Shown: positions 1-13,850, counted from the first letter of the stretch. The stretch is DNA of 64,000 bases from Marsupella aquatica (GCA_973895155.1 OZ316891.1:16519651-16583650); one strand, 5' to 3'. Program-made: numbers and translations. The notes: generated from the letters alone by a model not told the origin.

Positions 1-465
1 TATGTTTTTGGCTTTGCGATGGGGGCCCAAAAAAGGCCTCCCAAATACTTTGTCAAAAATAATACTAATACTAGAACTGCTATACTGGATTACAATACAA
101 GACTTTACATTCCCACTGGTCCGCTATATTGAGAGGTCCGGCAGCATTTGGCCGGGATGCCACCGATATACTCCCCCACTGGCACCCGTAGCCCTAATCC
201 TATCGGCCCGGTCCCGCCTTTTTCACCTCTTGCCACAGCACTGCGACAGTGCAGAAGCTCCAAAGTTGCACAACATCCAGTTGCAATGGCCCAGATTACC
301 TAGTCCTGCCTCCATCCAACGGTTTCAGTCATTGCTGTTCCCACCATGGTCCGGCGTTGCAAGGACCTCGTGACTCCAATCCTGCAATAGAGTTTCCCTT
401 GCTTCTGCACTGTCGCATCGCACGAGCTTCTGCATGTTGTCGAGCTCGAGCGGTCCTTGGCAAAG

Positions 466-1788
466 ATGGCAACAAATAGTGCTCGTGGGCAAAAAAAATT
501 GTCTGCAGAGTTGAAACAATTGTCTATGTCGTGAGTGAACATAGGACAGGATCCTATTGTGGGTGCAGGGCAAAAAAATCAAGCTTTTGGGGATCGTGTC
601 GCTGGAAACTACAATCAACACAGGCCGAGAGCTACCCAAGAGAGAGGCTCAAGATCATTGGAGAGCAAATGGGGAGATTTGAAGCATGACAGTGCAAAGT
701 TTTCGGGTTCGTATGCCAATGTAGAAGATCTTAGGATTTCTGGTTCCAATCAGGAAGATACTTTGCAGAAGGCAAAAGAGCATTATCAGGCACAACATCC
801 GAAGCTCGGGGGGTTGACTATCAAAAATCTTAGGAATCACGTGCGATCCAAAATATGTATTTTTCATAGAAATTAGCTAAATTTTTAAAAAGCGTAGGAA
901 GCAAAAGAAGGTATTATAGACCAATATTTATAGAATATTCTCTAATATATACCTTTTATAAAGTAAAATAGGTCATTAATATTGAAAATAGAGAATGTTT
1001 TTGGCATATTCCCATTATAAAATAGGTGTGTTTATATTAGGCTAGGATCGCACATGGTACCCCAAAATATACACTAAGTTAACCCCCCGAGATTCGAAGG
1101 GGAAGGATTTTGCTTTCATGGATTGCTGGTACTAGTTGAAAGATTGCCCACGTTTCTCCCATTCTATAGAAGACATGGAAGATAAATGAAAGGGCAAGAA
1201 GGCAAAAGGAAAGGGCTCCGATCCGCAGCAGATAAGGGGAAGGCATCGCCTACGGACAAGGAGAATGTACCCCCACCCCCTATTCGCCTACACAAATCAT
1301 AAACCCAAACTATTGTGATAATAGTGCTGCTGGGGAATTTAGCAGCGATGGACAACCCATGGGCAACAAGGCTGCCCAAAAGCTGAAGAGTGAGGAGTCT
1401 GCTTTTCAGATTGCAGCTTACACCCAAAGGGATATGGCAATGACCAATTCAAAATGTTTTCAGAACCTACTCCAGGATCATAGCATTCACAATTTGTTCT
1501 CCATGAGGGCAGCAGAAGTGGATGATGATTGCAAAGATTCTTTCAAGCAATGGAGAGCTTGGGAGCTTCAGAAATTTGATCAAGGTTGCATATGAAAAGG
1601 AGTCGGCAGATATTCAGGGCGCCACACATACTCCAGCCAGAGCTTCTCAAAGTGTACCAGTGCCTGTGGAGGTGCCAATTCCAGATGAGGTCCCCGGCCA
1701 AGAGCCAATTGGACCAGTGCATACACCTCCTGCAATGATTCCAGAAGACCTACATTTTGTGGGTGTTGATACAAGTTTTACTCTTTGA
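466..1788 (+). pseudogene. PIF/Harbinger ORF1 (Myb/SANT-like, NAM-associated), decayed and split by a MITE
   Basis: ATG at 466; motifs DPIVGAGQKNQAF, RSLESKWGDLKHD, SGSNQED. Removing the 805-1091 MITE restores HPKGKDFAFMDCWY*LKDCPRF. Continues as PMGNKAAQKLK with stops and frameshifts. Confidence 0.8.
805..1091. mobile_element. MITE with CTCGGGGGGTT(G/A)ACT TIRs and 8-bp TSD
   Basis: TIRs 805-819 and 1077-1091; TSD ATCCGAAG (797-804) / ATTCGAAG (1092-1099); excision restores the host reading frame. Confidence 0.9.
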
Positions 1789-3105
1789 TCCCAATAGACC
1801 ACATGTGTACGAAGACCTGGCGTAGTATGAATTGGGTTTTGCAATAGTGCAATTCGGGTTTTGCAATAGTGCTACTCTTTTGGAGTTTGTAAAAGAAAAT
1901 TTGTTTTCTTTTCGAGGCAGAGTTTCATCTTTTACTCCTACCGGAGATGTTTTGTACAGAGGATTCCTCTGGTATGTATTAATGAGAAGCATGTGTGTTC
2001 TCATGAACTCTTTTAATTAATAAATGGCGATGCATCCATTCTTTCATTTCTCCAGTGTCGAATACATTGAAAAGCCCTTGCAAAACATGAACCAGCGACA
2101 GACCATGAAAGAGAGACAATGACATTCTTGAAATCTCCTCCTGCGGTACAACAACGACTACATACAACATTGGCCCCGACCCTCACAAAAATTCTACAAG
2201 AATCTGGCTGCAAGTGTTTGCTTGCAGTTTGTTTTGCCTCACGTCAATTCGTGTTTGCTCTTGTAATCTTTGTCTACCGCCTTGTCAAGCTTTGCTTTGT
2301 ATCATTACCATCACTTTGCAAAGTTTAGGGAAGCATGCCTGCAAAGGAGAGTGCGAGAGGATCTTTCGTGCCTGGCCTTGCTGATGATGCTGCTGCCAAT
2401 CATTCAAATGGTTCACTTCCTATATTGAAATCTTGTGAGGGAATACGTAATGGAGTTGGTCCAACAGAACCTAATCATGCGCTAGCAATCGCAATTCCAC
2501 AAACCTCATCAACAATTCATGAGGAAGACGTCATGAAGCAATGGAGGGCTTCAATTTCCAAGCAACTCACAACTGAGGAGGATGCCAGACGTGAACATGC
2601 AGAGCAAAGATACAAGCAATGGGAAGCAAAGGTTGAGAGGAAGCAACAATAGAGAGAATTGGCTCGGGAGGAACAGAATGAAGATGAAGGGAATTCCAAT
2701 GATGAGCGATGGTATGGTGGATATATCTGGAAGTGGCCGAAGGATTGAGTAATCCATAATGTAGATTGTGTATTTACACTTGTGGGCAGTGAGCAGAGAT
2801 TTTTGCAAAGTTGTGTCTACTGCACTCTGCAATAGTCTTAGTCAGGTGGAATGTCGATTTTACAGCTTGGCTTTGACCTCTAGCACTGACTTTGTTCAGC
2901 ATTGTGTAAGTGAGAATACAGGAATTTTATTTTATTTAGAGAGGTAGTGAAAAATCCAATTCCGTAGCAAACAATCGGGCAGACAATTTTGTTGTACATA
3001 ATGCCACTTTTGTAGGCAGTCAATTTGAAGGAGCACGAATGGTGCAAGTTTCAGTTGAAGTTTTATGTTTTAACACATTTGTACATGTATGTCTTGGCCT
3101 AGTTT

Positions 3106-4809
3106 CTAAACTTGACTGACATAATCAAATCTATGACCTTTGCCTTTCAGATTCCACAAGTGCTCCACTATACCATTTTGTAGCATGTAATGTGTCTCTG
3201 AATCATGGATTGTTTGGGTAGCTGCCATATATTGTTTCCACTCAAAAGTCGGAAGTAGGGTTCCATGGCTCCCTGCCCCTGGCCTTTGGTCCCAATTTTG
3301 AGGTAGCTTTTCATCTCCTTTGTCCTCAACAATCATGAACATTATGTAAAATAACACATGCTATGCATATGTCTTTGATCACATCACTGCAATGAATTTG
3401 TGCAAGATTCCAAATAATTGCAAATCTTGCTTGAAGAACTCCAAATGCTCTCTCGACATCCTTCCTTGCTCCTTCTTGACATTTTGCAAACCACTTCCTA
3501 GCCTCTCCTTGTGGCAATGCAATAGTTTTAACAAAAATTGACCATTCTGGATAGATCCCGCCCTTTTTTTATCTGGAACTTTTTTGGTCCTTTTCAAGTA
3601 AAACCCGTGAAAACCCACGGGAAGGCGGCCAAAACATCCAAAACAACATCCAAAAGGCCAAACAACCAAAGTTGAGGCCCCATGGGGCAGAGCCGGAAAG
3701 GAGCACAAAGCACATGAGTGCTTGTGGGAGTGACAAAGCCAGGGCAGAACTCTAACATCTAAAGGCCTTGTAAGTCACCAGACCACAAACCGATCCACAG
3801 TGGAAGGCCACTACCATCTAAAGAGTTGTTGTCAAGAAAGTGAATAGGCAAAATAGAAAAGCGTCAGCTGAATGAACAGGTCTAGAGAGCCAGAGCTCAC
3901 TTCTAAGCCTAATAGAGCCACTGCCTTCCCCTAGTAAGTGCCCAGTGAAAAAAAAGACACATCACCATGTCGCGAAGGCATCCTTCCTTCCTAGCCACCG
4001 CCTTCTCTCACTGAGCAAAGCTTCCTTGGCCTGGAGGAGCCGCGCGTGCTTGCGGCAGGGGCCATAAGTTTCACATAGCCCATGGATGTTGTCCGCCATC
4101 TCAGAGAGGACTAGATTAAAATTGAAGGAGCGTCATATTAGGGGATTGAAAATTTGTTCATTTCTGGCAGTCCACAAAGTCCACAGGGCCTGATAGACCA
4201 TGAAGGCCACGATTGTGTGCGTAAAGTTGGGTCCTTTGAAAGAACCAAGCAGTTGCATAATATCCGCAGGAGGCCAGAGAATGATACCCGGAAAAGACTG
4301 AGACACCAAACTCCAGCATTTACGTGCAAATTGACATTTAAAGAAGAGGTGAGGGATAGATTCCAGTTCCGTAGAGCAGATTTGGCACATACCATTGCTC
4401 TTCCCGATTCTAAGAGTCCATGTGCCTGTGAAAAGACCTTGTGCAAGTATCCTCCATACAAAGGTGCAGGATTTCAGAGGTAAATCCGAAGTCCATAGTG
4501 ACAGCCATAGGTTATTCCCGCCTTTGAGGAGGTAGTATCTATTATACTCTACTCCATTCACTTTGAATTTGCGGTGAGTCATTTGCTTCACTTATGAGCA
4601 TATTTTTGACCAAGGGTGATTTTTCCAGTACATTGAGGTCGTTGTTGCATCCAGGAAGTCCAAAATATGCATGCCAAAACCACAATGACTTATCTGCTAC
4701 TACTTCTAAATCAATTGATTTCTCCCTGTCTTTGTTTGTGAAAAGGCCTTGCCAAGCAACAAGACAATTTTTCCATGATCTATAGTGCATGCAATCTAAA
4801 GAGCCAAAC
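3106..4809 (-). pseudogene. PIF/Harbinger DDE transposase (Plant_tran type), 5'-truncated and interrupted
   Basis: FGSLDCMH..WKNC..AWQG, LEVVADKSLWFWHAYFGLPGCNNDLNVL, YYLL-GIYPEWSIFVKTI, QEGARKDVERAFGVLQARF, ACVILHN, IVEHLW. Convergent with ORF1. Confidence 0.9.
3563..4515 (-). mobile_element. 5'-truncated L1-type LINE (zf-RVT C-terminus + 3'UTR)
   Basis: LW...LPLK..TFVWRI....L...CQIC..ELESIPHLFFKC.FA..CW; A-tract at 3564-3570; TSD core TCCCGCC at 3556-3562 and 4516-4522; removal rejoins the Harbinger YYLL..GIYPEW motif. Confidence 0.85.
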
Positions 4810-5215
4810 CACTAGTAGAAACCGCCCCATTTCGTGACCAGACCACTTATGATAGGCTTGACCGCAATAGTGGGCTTTTCGCACATCAATCTTAATTATG
4901 TGACAATATAGGACTTATAAGTTTTTATTAAGTCAATATAAGACGACCCCACAAATCAAAGTTTTTATTTTATGGTCTATGTCGTATTCGAATGACCAAT
5001 GAGTCATTCTTAGTCCCACAATAATGGGCGGGAATGAAGCAATAGTCATTTTTGGTCGCAAAGTATATTTTTTCCCTATGATCCCTTCAACTACAAGCCA
5101 GTTACACAAAATACTCCCCCATTTTGCACCTTCCCTAAAACTAAGAAAACCATCGACTTTTGTCACATTTTGCAACTTAGGGTTCATTGTCGTTGCCCTC
5201 ATGTTAACGGTCATT
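4810..5215. mobile_element. CACTA (En/Spm) terminal fragment
   Basis: CACTAGTAGAAA begins exactly where the Harbinger transposase is cut. No partner end found, so the right boundary is approximate. Confidence 0.5.
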
Positions 5216-6622
5216 CACACTGGTCATTGCATCTAAGTGCCTGTTAATGTTCTTGCACCATCATCAACTTTGTCCATTTGGCTCCCTTCAATTCACTCTT
5301 TTGTGGACTACATCTCTCGCAACCTCTATGTTTCTGGGAGGGAAACATGCATTCTAATCTTTCTAGTTTTGTGTTTAGAGTTGGCACTATCACTTGTGTA
5401 TAGTGCTTGCCTCTTGTTTTTGCTTGCACCCTATCATCTCGAGCTCTCGGTTGAGTGGAAAATGTGCTCCTTTGGGCGCTGTGGATGTAGACTACAGTGA
5501 AGTGTCTTCACTTAGCAGCATTATTAGCGAGGAATCACCGTTTCACTACTCCAACTGTTTGTGCGCATCCCCTTTCACCTGCAACTTTGACTGAGGAGCT
5601 AATCAAGCTTCCCTGATCTCGGAGTTGAACAAAGTGGTGGACCTAGCCACCCAACGCCCTCACCAATTCTAGCACTCATGCCTAAGTGCCCTTGGTGCCC
5701 AAATGCCTCCACGGAATACCTCGAGCAAGCACCCTAGTGCCCCTCGCACCACCAGCCGCCCCTCCCATACAAAGCTGCACTTGCTCTCCAACACGACCAC
5801 TACTCAATGGTCCTCGCTGTCTGCACAAGCAACCAAGCGCCTCGGTAAGTAACCCTTCAGGATCTAGAACTTGCCAAGTCTAGCATCCTAACTCAAGCTC
5901 AACAGACATTGGTAAATAGGTCAGCAATAGGTCCTCCCGATACCATTAGCCAGAACCAGAACCCACGCCCACTATTCGTCCAAAACAGCTCCTTCCTTGG
6001 GCGCGGCCTGGGTTCCCCCTCGTACCTATCCATCACCAACTGACCGCCCTGACCCTAGGACATGCTCATGGCCCCGACTCTAGCAACCAACTCCCAATTC
6101 GCCTCACTGATGGTCTAGGGGCCGAACACTCTTGGAACTCAACCTTCGCACCTACTTGGCCTTGCCTCCCCAACGCAAGCTCCCTTGGGAGACTGAACGC
6201 GGCTTGACTATTGTTTGGCAGGATTTGGCAAGCGGGCAAGTAAACACCCGTAAACCCCAAGAACTCATGGTTTTTCTAGACCCAGCTAAGCTTAGGAGGG
6301 CGCAGTCCTTCTCCAGAACTTTCTAATGCACCCAAGAAGTCCTCCAATGGACTTCCCGTTGGGAAGATATCATCGTTTCTATTTGGCGGTTTCCCTTAGT
6401 GTCGCGACCACCGCGGCTCACGACTTCGGCTTGCCCTTAGCCCCCAGGGAGACACCACTCCCCTCATATATGCTTCTGGAGACCTGCCACCCCCGGACCA
6501 GCTTTGGTCCCTAAACATTTGGCCTCCAACCCGGATCCTATCGCGCATAATGGGCGTGCCACCAACTGGCAACGCCCATAACTTGCTCGTTAGGCATCCG
6601 CAAGCGGAATGCCTTGGCCCAT

Positions 6623-7724
6623 TGTCGCAAGGACAAGAAGTTAGGGGCTCCTTGGGTAAACTATGCGTTTCTGGCTGTGATTGGGATAGGCAACAAGCAC
6701 TTTTCGGAGCAAACTCTCACTCCTTTATTTTTTTTACTTTTCTCTCAATGGTTACAATGGGTGCCCTCGAGTAAGCTTGCCTACAAGATTTTGGTAGCTG
6801 GCCCTACGGCGGGCCGCTACCTCTGACTTGTCAAGCAGAATTCCTCAAGTGACTATCTACTCAAAATCTGACGGAAAAACTCTCCTCCTTAGCTCACAAA
6901 ACCAAAAGTTGACTAGCTACTCAACTAGTCCTAACAGCTCACAAGAAAACTCGGGCCTGGACCAACAAGGCTCCAAGCTTGAGAATCCTCGCCTGGATCC
7001 AACACTCACACAAAACACCAAAACCGCCGCACAACAGTTGAATTCCGTAGAACGCAGCGGAACTCATAGATTGGAACACAACGAAACTCAATAGACAACC
7101 GCCAATCTCAATGAGCCGAGGCTCAAGTCTTCCTTGAAATTATTTTTTATACAAAATAATGGCGGCCGCAAAAAGCTCCACGGCCAGGGCAAGCAGACAG
7201 CCAAACAGGCCACAAACCAGGACCCCAATCAACAAGGGGACCAAAGCAACAATGTGAAAACATGCACATGGGGGCCAAAGCAACAATGTGAAAAGGCCCA
7301 ATACTATAACAGAAGCACTGAATGCAGGCCCCGCGGCAAGCAACTCATAAGCCAGATGTGATACGGCTGCAGCCGTGTCGTATCCAATTCCTAAAAAAGG
7401 CATCAATCCATGTTTTGGCTCTAAGGATGCGGGTACCTTTCCGGCCCAGAGGAAGCCCCCGGCTAGCTGCATAAAGGTTATTAGCCGTCTCCGAGAGAAC
7501 CAGGCCCAAGTCTTAAGTAGCATCGGAAACCCAACCTTCCAGCCTGAGCCAACTGGCATCAGCGAGGCTCATCCAAACTCCAAGCCTGGTGACTCACCCA
7601 AACACCAAACCTCAATCCATCCAACCAAGCAGCCCCTTGACGCATGCACGCAACCGAACCCGAGAGGCCTCGCCCATCATCCCCTATAAAAGCCATTCCC
7701 GAGCCAAAATCTTTCGGCACGACA
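6623..7724 (-). repeat. Gypsy 3' LTR (1102 bp)
   Basis: Direct repeat of 9239-9946; adjacent to the PPT. Confidence 0.9.
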
Positions 7725-7769
7725 TCCTCCCCTAGTAAACCTGAGCAGCCTCCGGTCTGCTCCAATCCA

Positions 7770-8880
7770 TCAGATTTCCTCTAAGTCTAAGTCTGAACTC
7801 GAGCCATGTGCCTCAACCACTTCCTCCTCAAGAAACTCAAATCCAATGTCTTCAGACTTGGCCTTAGGCACTCCACTTTCCAGAAACTCAAAATCCAACT
7901 CATCTAAATCAGAACTAGCCAAGACCCTTTTGAAACTCAAGTCCGTCGGATGCGCCTGGACCTGCGCCTCGTCTTCAAATTCACTCAAGTCAGAACTTGA
8001 GTCCATTCCCTTCTCGGTCCTCCTCTTGAAGATCTTTACCCTTTTCCCTGCGTAAGGTACTTGGTGAACCGTTCCATCCAACTCCTGAATAGTGTAGGTC
8101 GCATTCGCATGAACAACAACCACCACATACGGACCTTGCCACCTCCGAGAAAACTTGTTCCGGCTCAAGTATTGCTCGTCCAACTTACTTTTGTAAATCA
8201 GAACCCAATCCCCTTTGTTAACCAAGACAGGCCTCAACCAATGAGTCCTGTCGAACCTGCCCTTGTTCCTTAACCTCGCCATCTTCAATTGCTTCCGAGC
8301 CACCTCAATCTTTGCAGGTAATAAGTTGAAGTGTTCGATCCTTTGAACCAGCAACTCCTCTCTCAAAACTTTATCTTTCCAACCAATCAGTTGCCAACTG
8401 CAAACATCTTCCTCGAGTGGCATCATCGGCAAGTGCCCAGTAAGTAGCTCAACCGGAACGTATCCAATCACTGAGCTACAAGTCATTCGATCCGCTAACA
8501 AAGCAAGTGGAAGAAGACTCGACCACCTGCCCAAGTCCCCATCACAAGACTTAGCCAAAGCGCTCACAATCTAAATATGCTCCCTTTCAGATTTCCCATT
8601 GCCTTTCGGATTATAACTTGAAGTCAGCTTCAGTTTGATGTGGTATTGGTCGAAAAACTCTTGCGCCTCCTTGGACTGGTCGTAACCCGAAAACAAATCA
8701 CCCATGGAATAGATCGCCTCCCAGCAAACTCCTCTGCAAACTGATCCACTAGGGGCCCAACTCCCACATTCCTGATGGTCACCTTATTCGGAGGTTGCAT
8801 ATCCTAAATGAACCTCAAGCTTCCATTTTTCTTCCTCACTGTAAATCATCGGTTTGAGTAGGGAGCATCAGACCTCTTGA
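7770..8880 (-). pseudogene. Gypsy pol remnants (RT fragment fused to integrase C-terminus)
   Basis: APYSNR*FTVRKKNG..RFI*DMQP.NKVTIRN and YSMGDLFSGYDQ; YNPKGNGKSER; LPLALLADRMT, GDWVL, KFSRRWQGPYVV. Confidence 0.85.
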
Positions 8881-8885
8881 GAATC

Positions 8886-9215
8886 CTAGCACTCAGCTGA
8901 CTCAATGATGGTCCGCACCGTCAAACTCAACTCCTTCTCAACCAGCACCATGAACTCTTTCATCGCCGTCCCTTCGTCCAACTTGTAGACAGCTGCTTCT
9001 GTCAAGTAAGACTTAAGGTAGCTTGTCATATTTCTCTCATCGAACTGCCCATTCTCCTTCAGAACCTCTTGGAGACACCGAGTAGTCCTATTTGCTTCCC
9101 TGTTTGCCCTTTCCACCTCAAGCTCTTCCTTCCTTATGGTTCTCATCATCGACATGACGATGCTCAAAATCTGATCGACTTTGTCATAGTCACCCATCTC
9201 GTCCAATCGCCCCAA
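8886..9215 (-). pseudogene. Gypsy gag N-terminal remnant
   Basis: Directly after the PBS; GQFDERNMTSYLKSY resembles gag N-termini. Confidence 0.65.
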
Positions 9216-9238
9216 GGACTCCCCAGTATGGTCGCCAA

Positions 9239-9946
9239 TGTCGCGAGGACAAGAAGTTAGGGGCTCCTTGGGTAAACTACGCGTTTCTGGCTGCGATTGG
9301 GACAGGCCACAAGCACTTTTTGGAGTGAACTCTCACTCCTTTATTTTTTTTACTTTTCTCTCAATGGTTACAATGGGTGCCCTCAAGTAAGCTTGCCCGC
9401 AAGAGTCTGGTAGCTGGCCCTACGGCGGGCCGCTACCTCTAACTTGTCAAGCAGAACTCCTCAAGTGACTATCTACTCAAAATCTGACAAAAAAACTCTC
9501 CTCCTTAGCTCACAAAACCAAAACTTGACTAGCTACTCGACTAGTCCTAACAACTCACAAGAAAACTCGGGCCTGGACCAACGAGGCTCCAAGCTTGAGA
9601 ATCCTCGCCTAGATCCAACACTCGCACAAAACACCAAAACCGCCGCACAATAGTCAAATTCCGTAGAACGCAGCAGAACTCACAGATCGGAACACAACAG
9701 AACTCAATAGACAACCACCAACCTCAAGTCTTAAGTAGCATCGGAAACCCAACCTTCCAGCCTGAGCCAGCTGCCATCAGTGAGGCTCATCCAAACTCCA
9801 AGCCTAGTGACTCACCCAAACACCAAACCTCAATCCATCCAACCAAGCAACCCCTCCAAGTCAGCATGCACGCAACCAAACCTGGGAGGCCTCGCCCATC
9901 ATCCCCTATAAAAGCCATTCTTGAGCCAAAATCTTTTGGCACGACA
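9239..9946 (-). repeat. Gypsy 5' LTR (708 bp, internal deletion)
   Basis: Matches 6623-7724 but lacks about 390 bp; adjacent to the PBS. Confidence 0.9.
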
Positions 9947-12900
9947 CCATTGTGATCGGGCCGACCCAATGCTCATGCCTAGGCCCTCAGGTCTCATCGC
10001 CGATTGGGACCCCCGATCGGCCCAACCTGAATTGGGCCATAACTCGCGCCCCAAGCGTCCGTTGCCCATGGCGTCAACTCCATGCCTTGGGCCCAAGAGG
10101 AGCTCACACTCAAGCCCTCAGAACTTAAAGTCCATTCAGAGGTCCGGACGGTCGTCCTTGAGCAAGGCCCATTTCCCCTTGACCCGACCAGCTCTCAACT
10201 AGTCTAAGTCCTTAGTGTGTGTCCACCAGCATGGCTCCTTGCCTTCGCTAGCGCCACGTCTTATTGCCCACCAGTCTCTCCATGCTAAGTCCTCCCCGAA
10301 TGGCCTATCCGGGCTTGGACCAGAAGGGAGCTCAGCGTCGGAGTCAGCGACGTTGGAGCTAAGTGTTAAGGTAGTCGAGTTTCGCGACTAACAACAAGTG
10401 TGCACATACCCAACTGCCTCATTGTTATTGGGAGTTGGCACTGGCAAGGAGGGTGGAGGCAACAGGTTTGCATCGGGGTTTGCAACTGGAAGCTGGATTG
10501 GAGCTCGGAACAATGCGGAGGTGCTTAATGGGCGACTTTTAGGCTTACGACCGGGGAGTTGCAGTTGGACATCGAGGAGCATTCTTCCACATAGAATATA
10601 GGTGAGTGAAACACCATCTCTTTTGGTCCAACCCCTGCTTTTGGTACCTTGCCAAGAAATACTGGACTGCTAAGTACAGCTCAGTCATATTGCTAATTGC
10701 TAGATAGTGCTCTATTTTGGACATGTCATCCGCAAGTTGTGTTGCTCTCTTGTGCTCTTGTTTTCCATGAAGGTTGAATGCGCCATTGCTACTCCTACAA
10801 CCCGCATTGCGTTGAACCTCTAGGCGGTGATAGTGGTGTCCACACTTGTAATCCTTTGTCTGTTGGTCGTTGTCAACTGCATTTGTTGCTGCTCACCTGT
10901 TCAAGAGGTGCAAGGTGAGAGGGCGGAGAGGACCTGTGCTGTTGACAATAGAAGTGGCGAGGTTGAGGGGAGCACCCCGGGGAGCAACTGCAAGCTTACC
11001 ATCTGCTTCTATGGTATATAGTAGCTCAAGATTTTTTCCTATTGAATGATATTCTAGGAGTGGGATGGTAGAATTTAACGGATACAGTGCCAATCCATTT
11101 GGCTTCAAGGTTATATGTGCTATCGGTTTTTCTTCAAGGTTAAATGCGTGACAGTAGTCTCATTTGTGTTGTAACCAATGAATGCATTCTCTAAAGCATT
11201 TGCCATTGAACTAAGTCTCACCCAAGGAGGCAAGACTATATATGTAGAGACTCTGGTCTTCATTGAATGGTAGCCATTTTATAAATTTTGTTCCCCCGCA
11301 AAAAGCCCCACGGAAAGGGCGCACAAATAGGCAGCAAGGCCGAGAAGGCAACACCCAACAGGGCAGCAGCCCAATCACACACACCGACACAACAAAGGGC
11401 CAGGCTTCCGCCCCAACCCAACTCCCCATTGCCCGGACAGAGCACTACAGGGAGGGCACCCCTAAATACACAAAGAAACAAATCACAAGGCCAGTCCAAA
11501 TTTGGAGGGCCAACCTCTACGAAGACAGTCAATCCAGGATTTGGCTTGTAGAAGTCTTGTGCTCTTCCTGCCTGGGGGGCAATGCCTATTAACCGAGAAT
11601 TCCCCCTAAACTATTTCTCTTGTCGTCTTGTACCCTAAACCCCTGCTTCAACCTAGTGATGTACTTTTATATAATTGTGTCTTTTGCTGTGTTATTCTTA
11701 TCTGTCATTCATCACTAGATTGAGCCCTTTTCTATCTTAGCTTGTGTATAGAAAGCCTTCTTCCATGAACTTTTGTGTCATTTTGTCCCTCAACTTCATT
11801 GGTTGGTCAAGTCCAGAGTTGAAACAGCCAAAATAATATCTTTGTTTGAACTAGGTTACGTAGACTGTTATGAAATTTGACCCCAACTTTTATACTTGGC
11901 TATGCAGTGAGCAATCTGGTGGTCCACAAAGCGCCCTCAAGTGAACTCATTGGATTAATTGCTCATCCACACTGTGAGTGTTCATGATATCTTCGTTGCC
12001 ATCGCCTTTTGTTGACCTGTCCACTGCCTCTCTCTTCCTCTGAGCAGAGTGTTGCTCAGTGTATTTGTCAAACATTGATGGCCAAACTAAAAGACCTAAC
12101 ATGAGTTTAATGATCTCTTTGAATCTATTGTAGGGCTTTGTCTCTTGTTGAGCTATGACCTGAGAGCAATCACAGGTAAGTCCAATCTCTCATTCTCCTC
12201 TCGATGCTCCTGTAATGCTTTCCCTGAAAAATAAGTCCTTGTTTTAATGTTGTAAGCTCCTTCAATGCATTTGCATGTTTCTTGGCCATTGTATGTTTGG
12301 ATTGCATATTCCAATGTCGGTTGTGCTCAAATGTTATGATTGAGTCAATTGGCCCACATTTTCCATATTTGTACCTTATGCTTTGATCCAAGGAGTCAAA
12401 TCAGTTGCTTGTTCTTTGCAAATTGTGAAGTGAATTTACAGACTGAATCCCCTTTTCAACTAAAATGCAGAGATGACTTGAAAAGGAACCTATAATTTTG
12501 TTTCTTGTGGTTGGTCCAATCCATTCTATATATTTAGAATTTCATTCCATTCTTGTATTTTGTACACCTTGGCCAATGTTGTCCAATGTCACTGTTCAAG
12601 TTGCCGGTTCATAGGGTTTTGCATGAGGCATTGAAAGCCTTGTTCTATCAACTTCTGTGTCATTTTGTCCCTCAGCTGGCAAGAACTCAGTCATCCTGAA
12701 GTTGATGAGATTACATCACAGTTCCTTTTTTTCATGAACAGTTTCTTGAAATACTACTAATTAAAAACCCTTACTTACAACAATATAGTATATTGTAGTC
12801 AAATGTGAATGGTTACAAAAGTATATGTACTACATTTCATTGTACAACCTTCAGAACGTTATGACACAATATACTTTATTTAACAACAGTTAAATAAAAC

Positions 12901-13085
12901 TTGACTTAGAACCTTCACTTCCAACAAAATAGCAAGGCCAAATCTGAATGGTTCTAGAAGTATGTGTGTTGCATTTTGATCTGGACAACCAAGTGTAGAG
13001 TTGACTCTTTTTGAATATTCTAATCTATTTTGCCTTGAACTGGGCCATGGATTTTTCATTCCGATCTTCTTGAATGAGTTAGTAT

Positions 13086-13850
13086 TGTTGTTGATGACCC
13101 CAGCCATTGACGATCAACAAGGTGCAGGCTGTCGGTCAACCGCGTCAATAGATAGTTAGTCGGAGGTTTTCCAGGGAAGGTAGCATCTCCCCCGGCCCTT
13201 GGCAAATAGTATTTAGGTTCCCCCTTTGGTTTAGGTGGGGGGGGGAGACTCCCAGCCTAAGTTAGAGTCCCGGCCTAAGTAAGATTAGAGAGCACTGAGG
13301 GGTGAGAGCCAAAGTCGAGCTTGCTAGGCAAGTGCAAGCTAGGTAGGGTCTCATAGAGACTGGGCATCGACCGTCATAGGCCTGCTGATTGCTTAGAAGT
13401 TGAGTCAACTATGTACATGATGCAACTTTCTCTCTGAGTAAAACTTGGTCTTTCCCTCTGATCTTTGCGAATGTTCTATGTATGAGGCATAACTGGTCCT
13501 TGACAAAGGCGCCATTTCAAGGGACGTACTGGGTGCGAACTAATGGTTGGGATTGTAAGGAAGTGTATGCTGATTACGTCCCGAGTTCTGGTTATTGGCA
13601 ATGGCTTGAAAGTCCCCAAGCTGGGAGTTAGTCCGAGTCATTAATTGTGGGTGTGTTCCAGCGGTGGAAACCAAATATACGGTCTATGATGTCCATAAAT
13701 ACATAATATTTTTCTGATATATATATAGTCCATCTTAGACTAAAACTGGGGCCACTACACCCCTCCTTGCCCGAAACCTTACCCTTACTGGTGGCTATGC
13801 GTGTGCCAATGAGTTAACTCAGATTTAAGGCCCAGGTTACTGGCGCAACA
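13086..13850. mobile_element. Probable solo LTR
   Basis: Relatively GC-rich non-coding island bounded by TGTTG...CAACA; flanks GTAT/GAAT match only imperfectly. Confidence 0.4.

Larger units (their letters stand above)
6623..9946 (-). mobile_element. Internally deleted Ty3/Gypsy LTR retrotransposon
   Basis: LTRs 6623-7724 and 9239-9946 (TGTCG...CGACA); PBS TGGCGACC on minus (ends 9237); PPT AGGGGAGGA 7725-7733; 4-bp TSD CCAT; gag, RT and integrase remnants. Confidence 0.92.
5633..10389 (-). mobile_element. Solo-LTR-like element with AGT...ACT termini (about 1.43 kb net), split by a Gypsy insertion
   Basis: TSD AACAA at 5628-5632 and 10390-10394; reverse-complement homolog of 61965-63435 along its length. 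Strand is given relative to that copy. Confidence 0.8.

Noticed and set aside
4133-4591. Novel transposase/zinc-finger fusion ORF
   Set aside because: Chance in-frame junction between the Harbinger transposase and an inserted LINE fragment.
10395-12900. Degenerate coding-like and LINE-3'-like fragments
   Set aside because: Too decayed to assign boundaries or a product.
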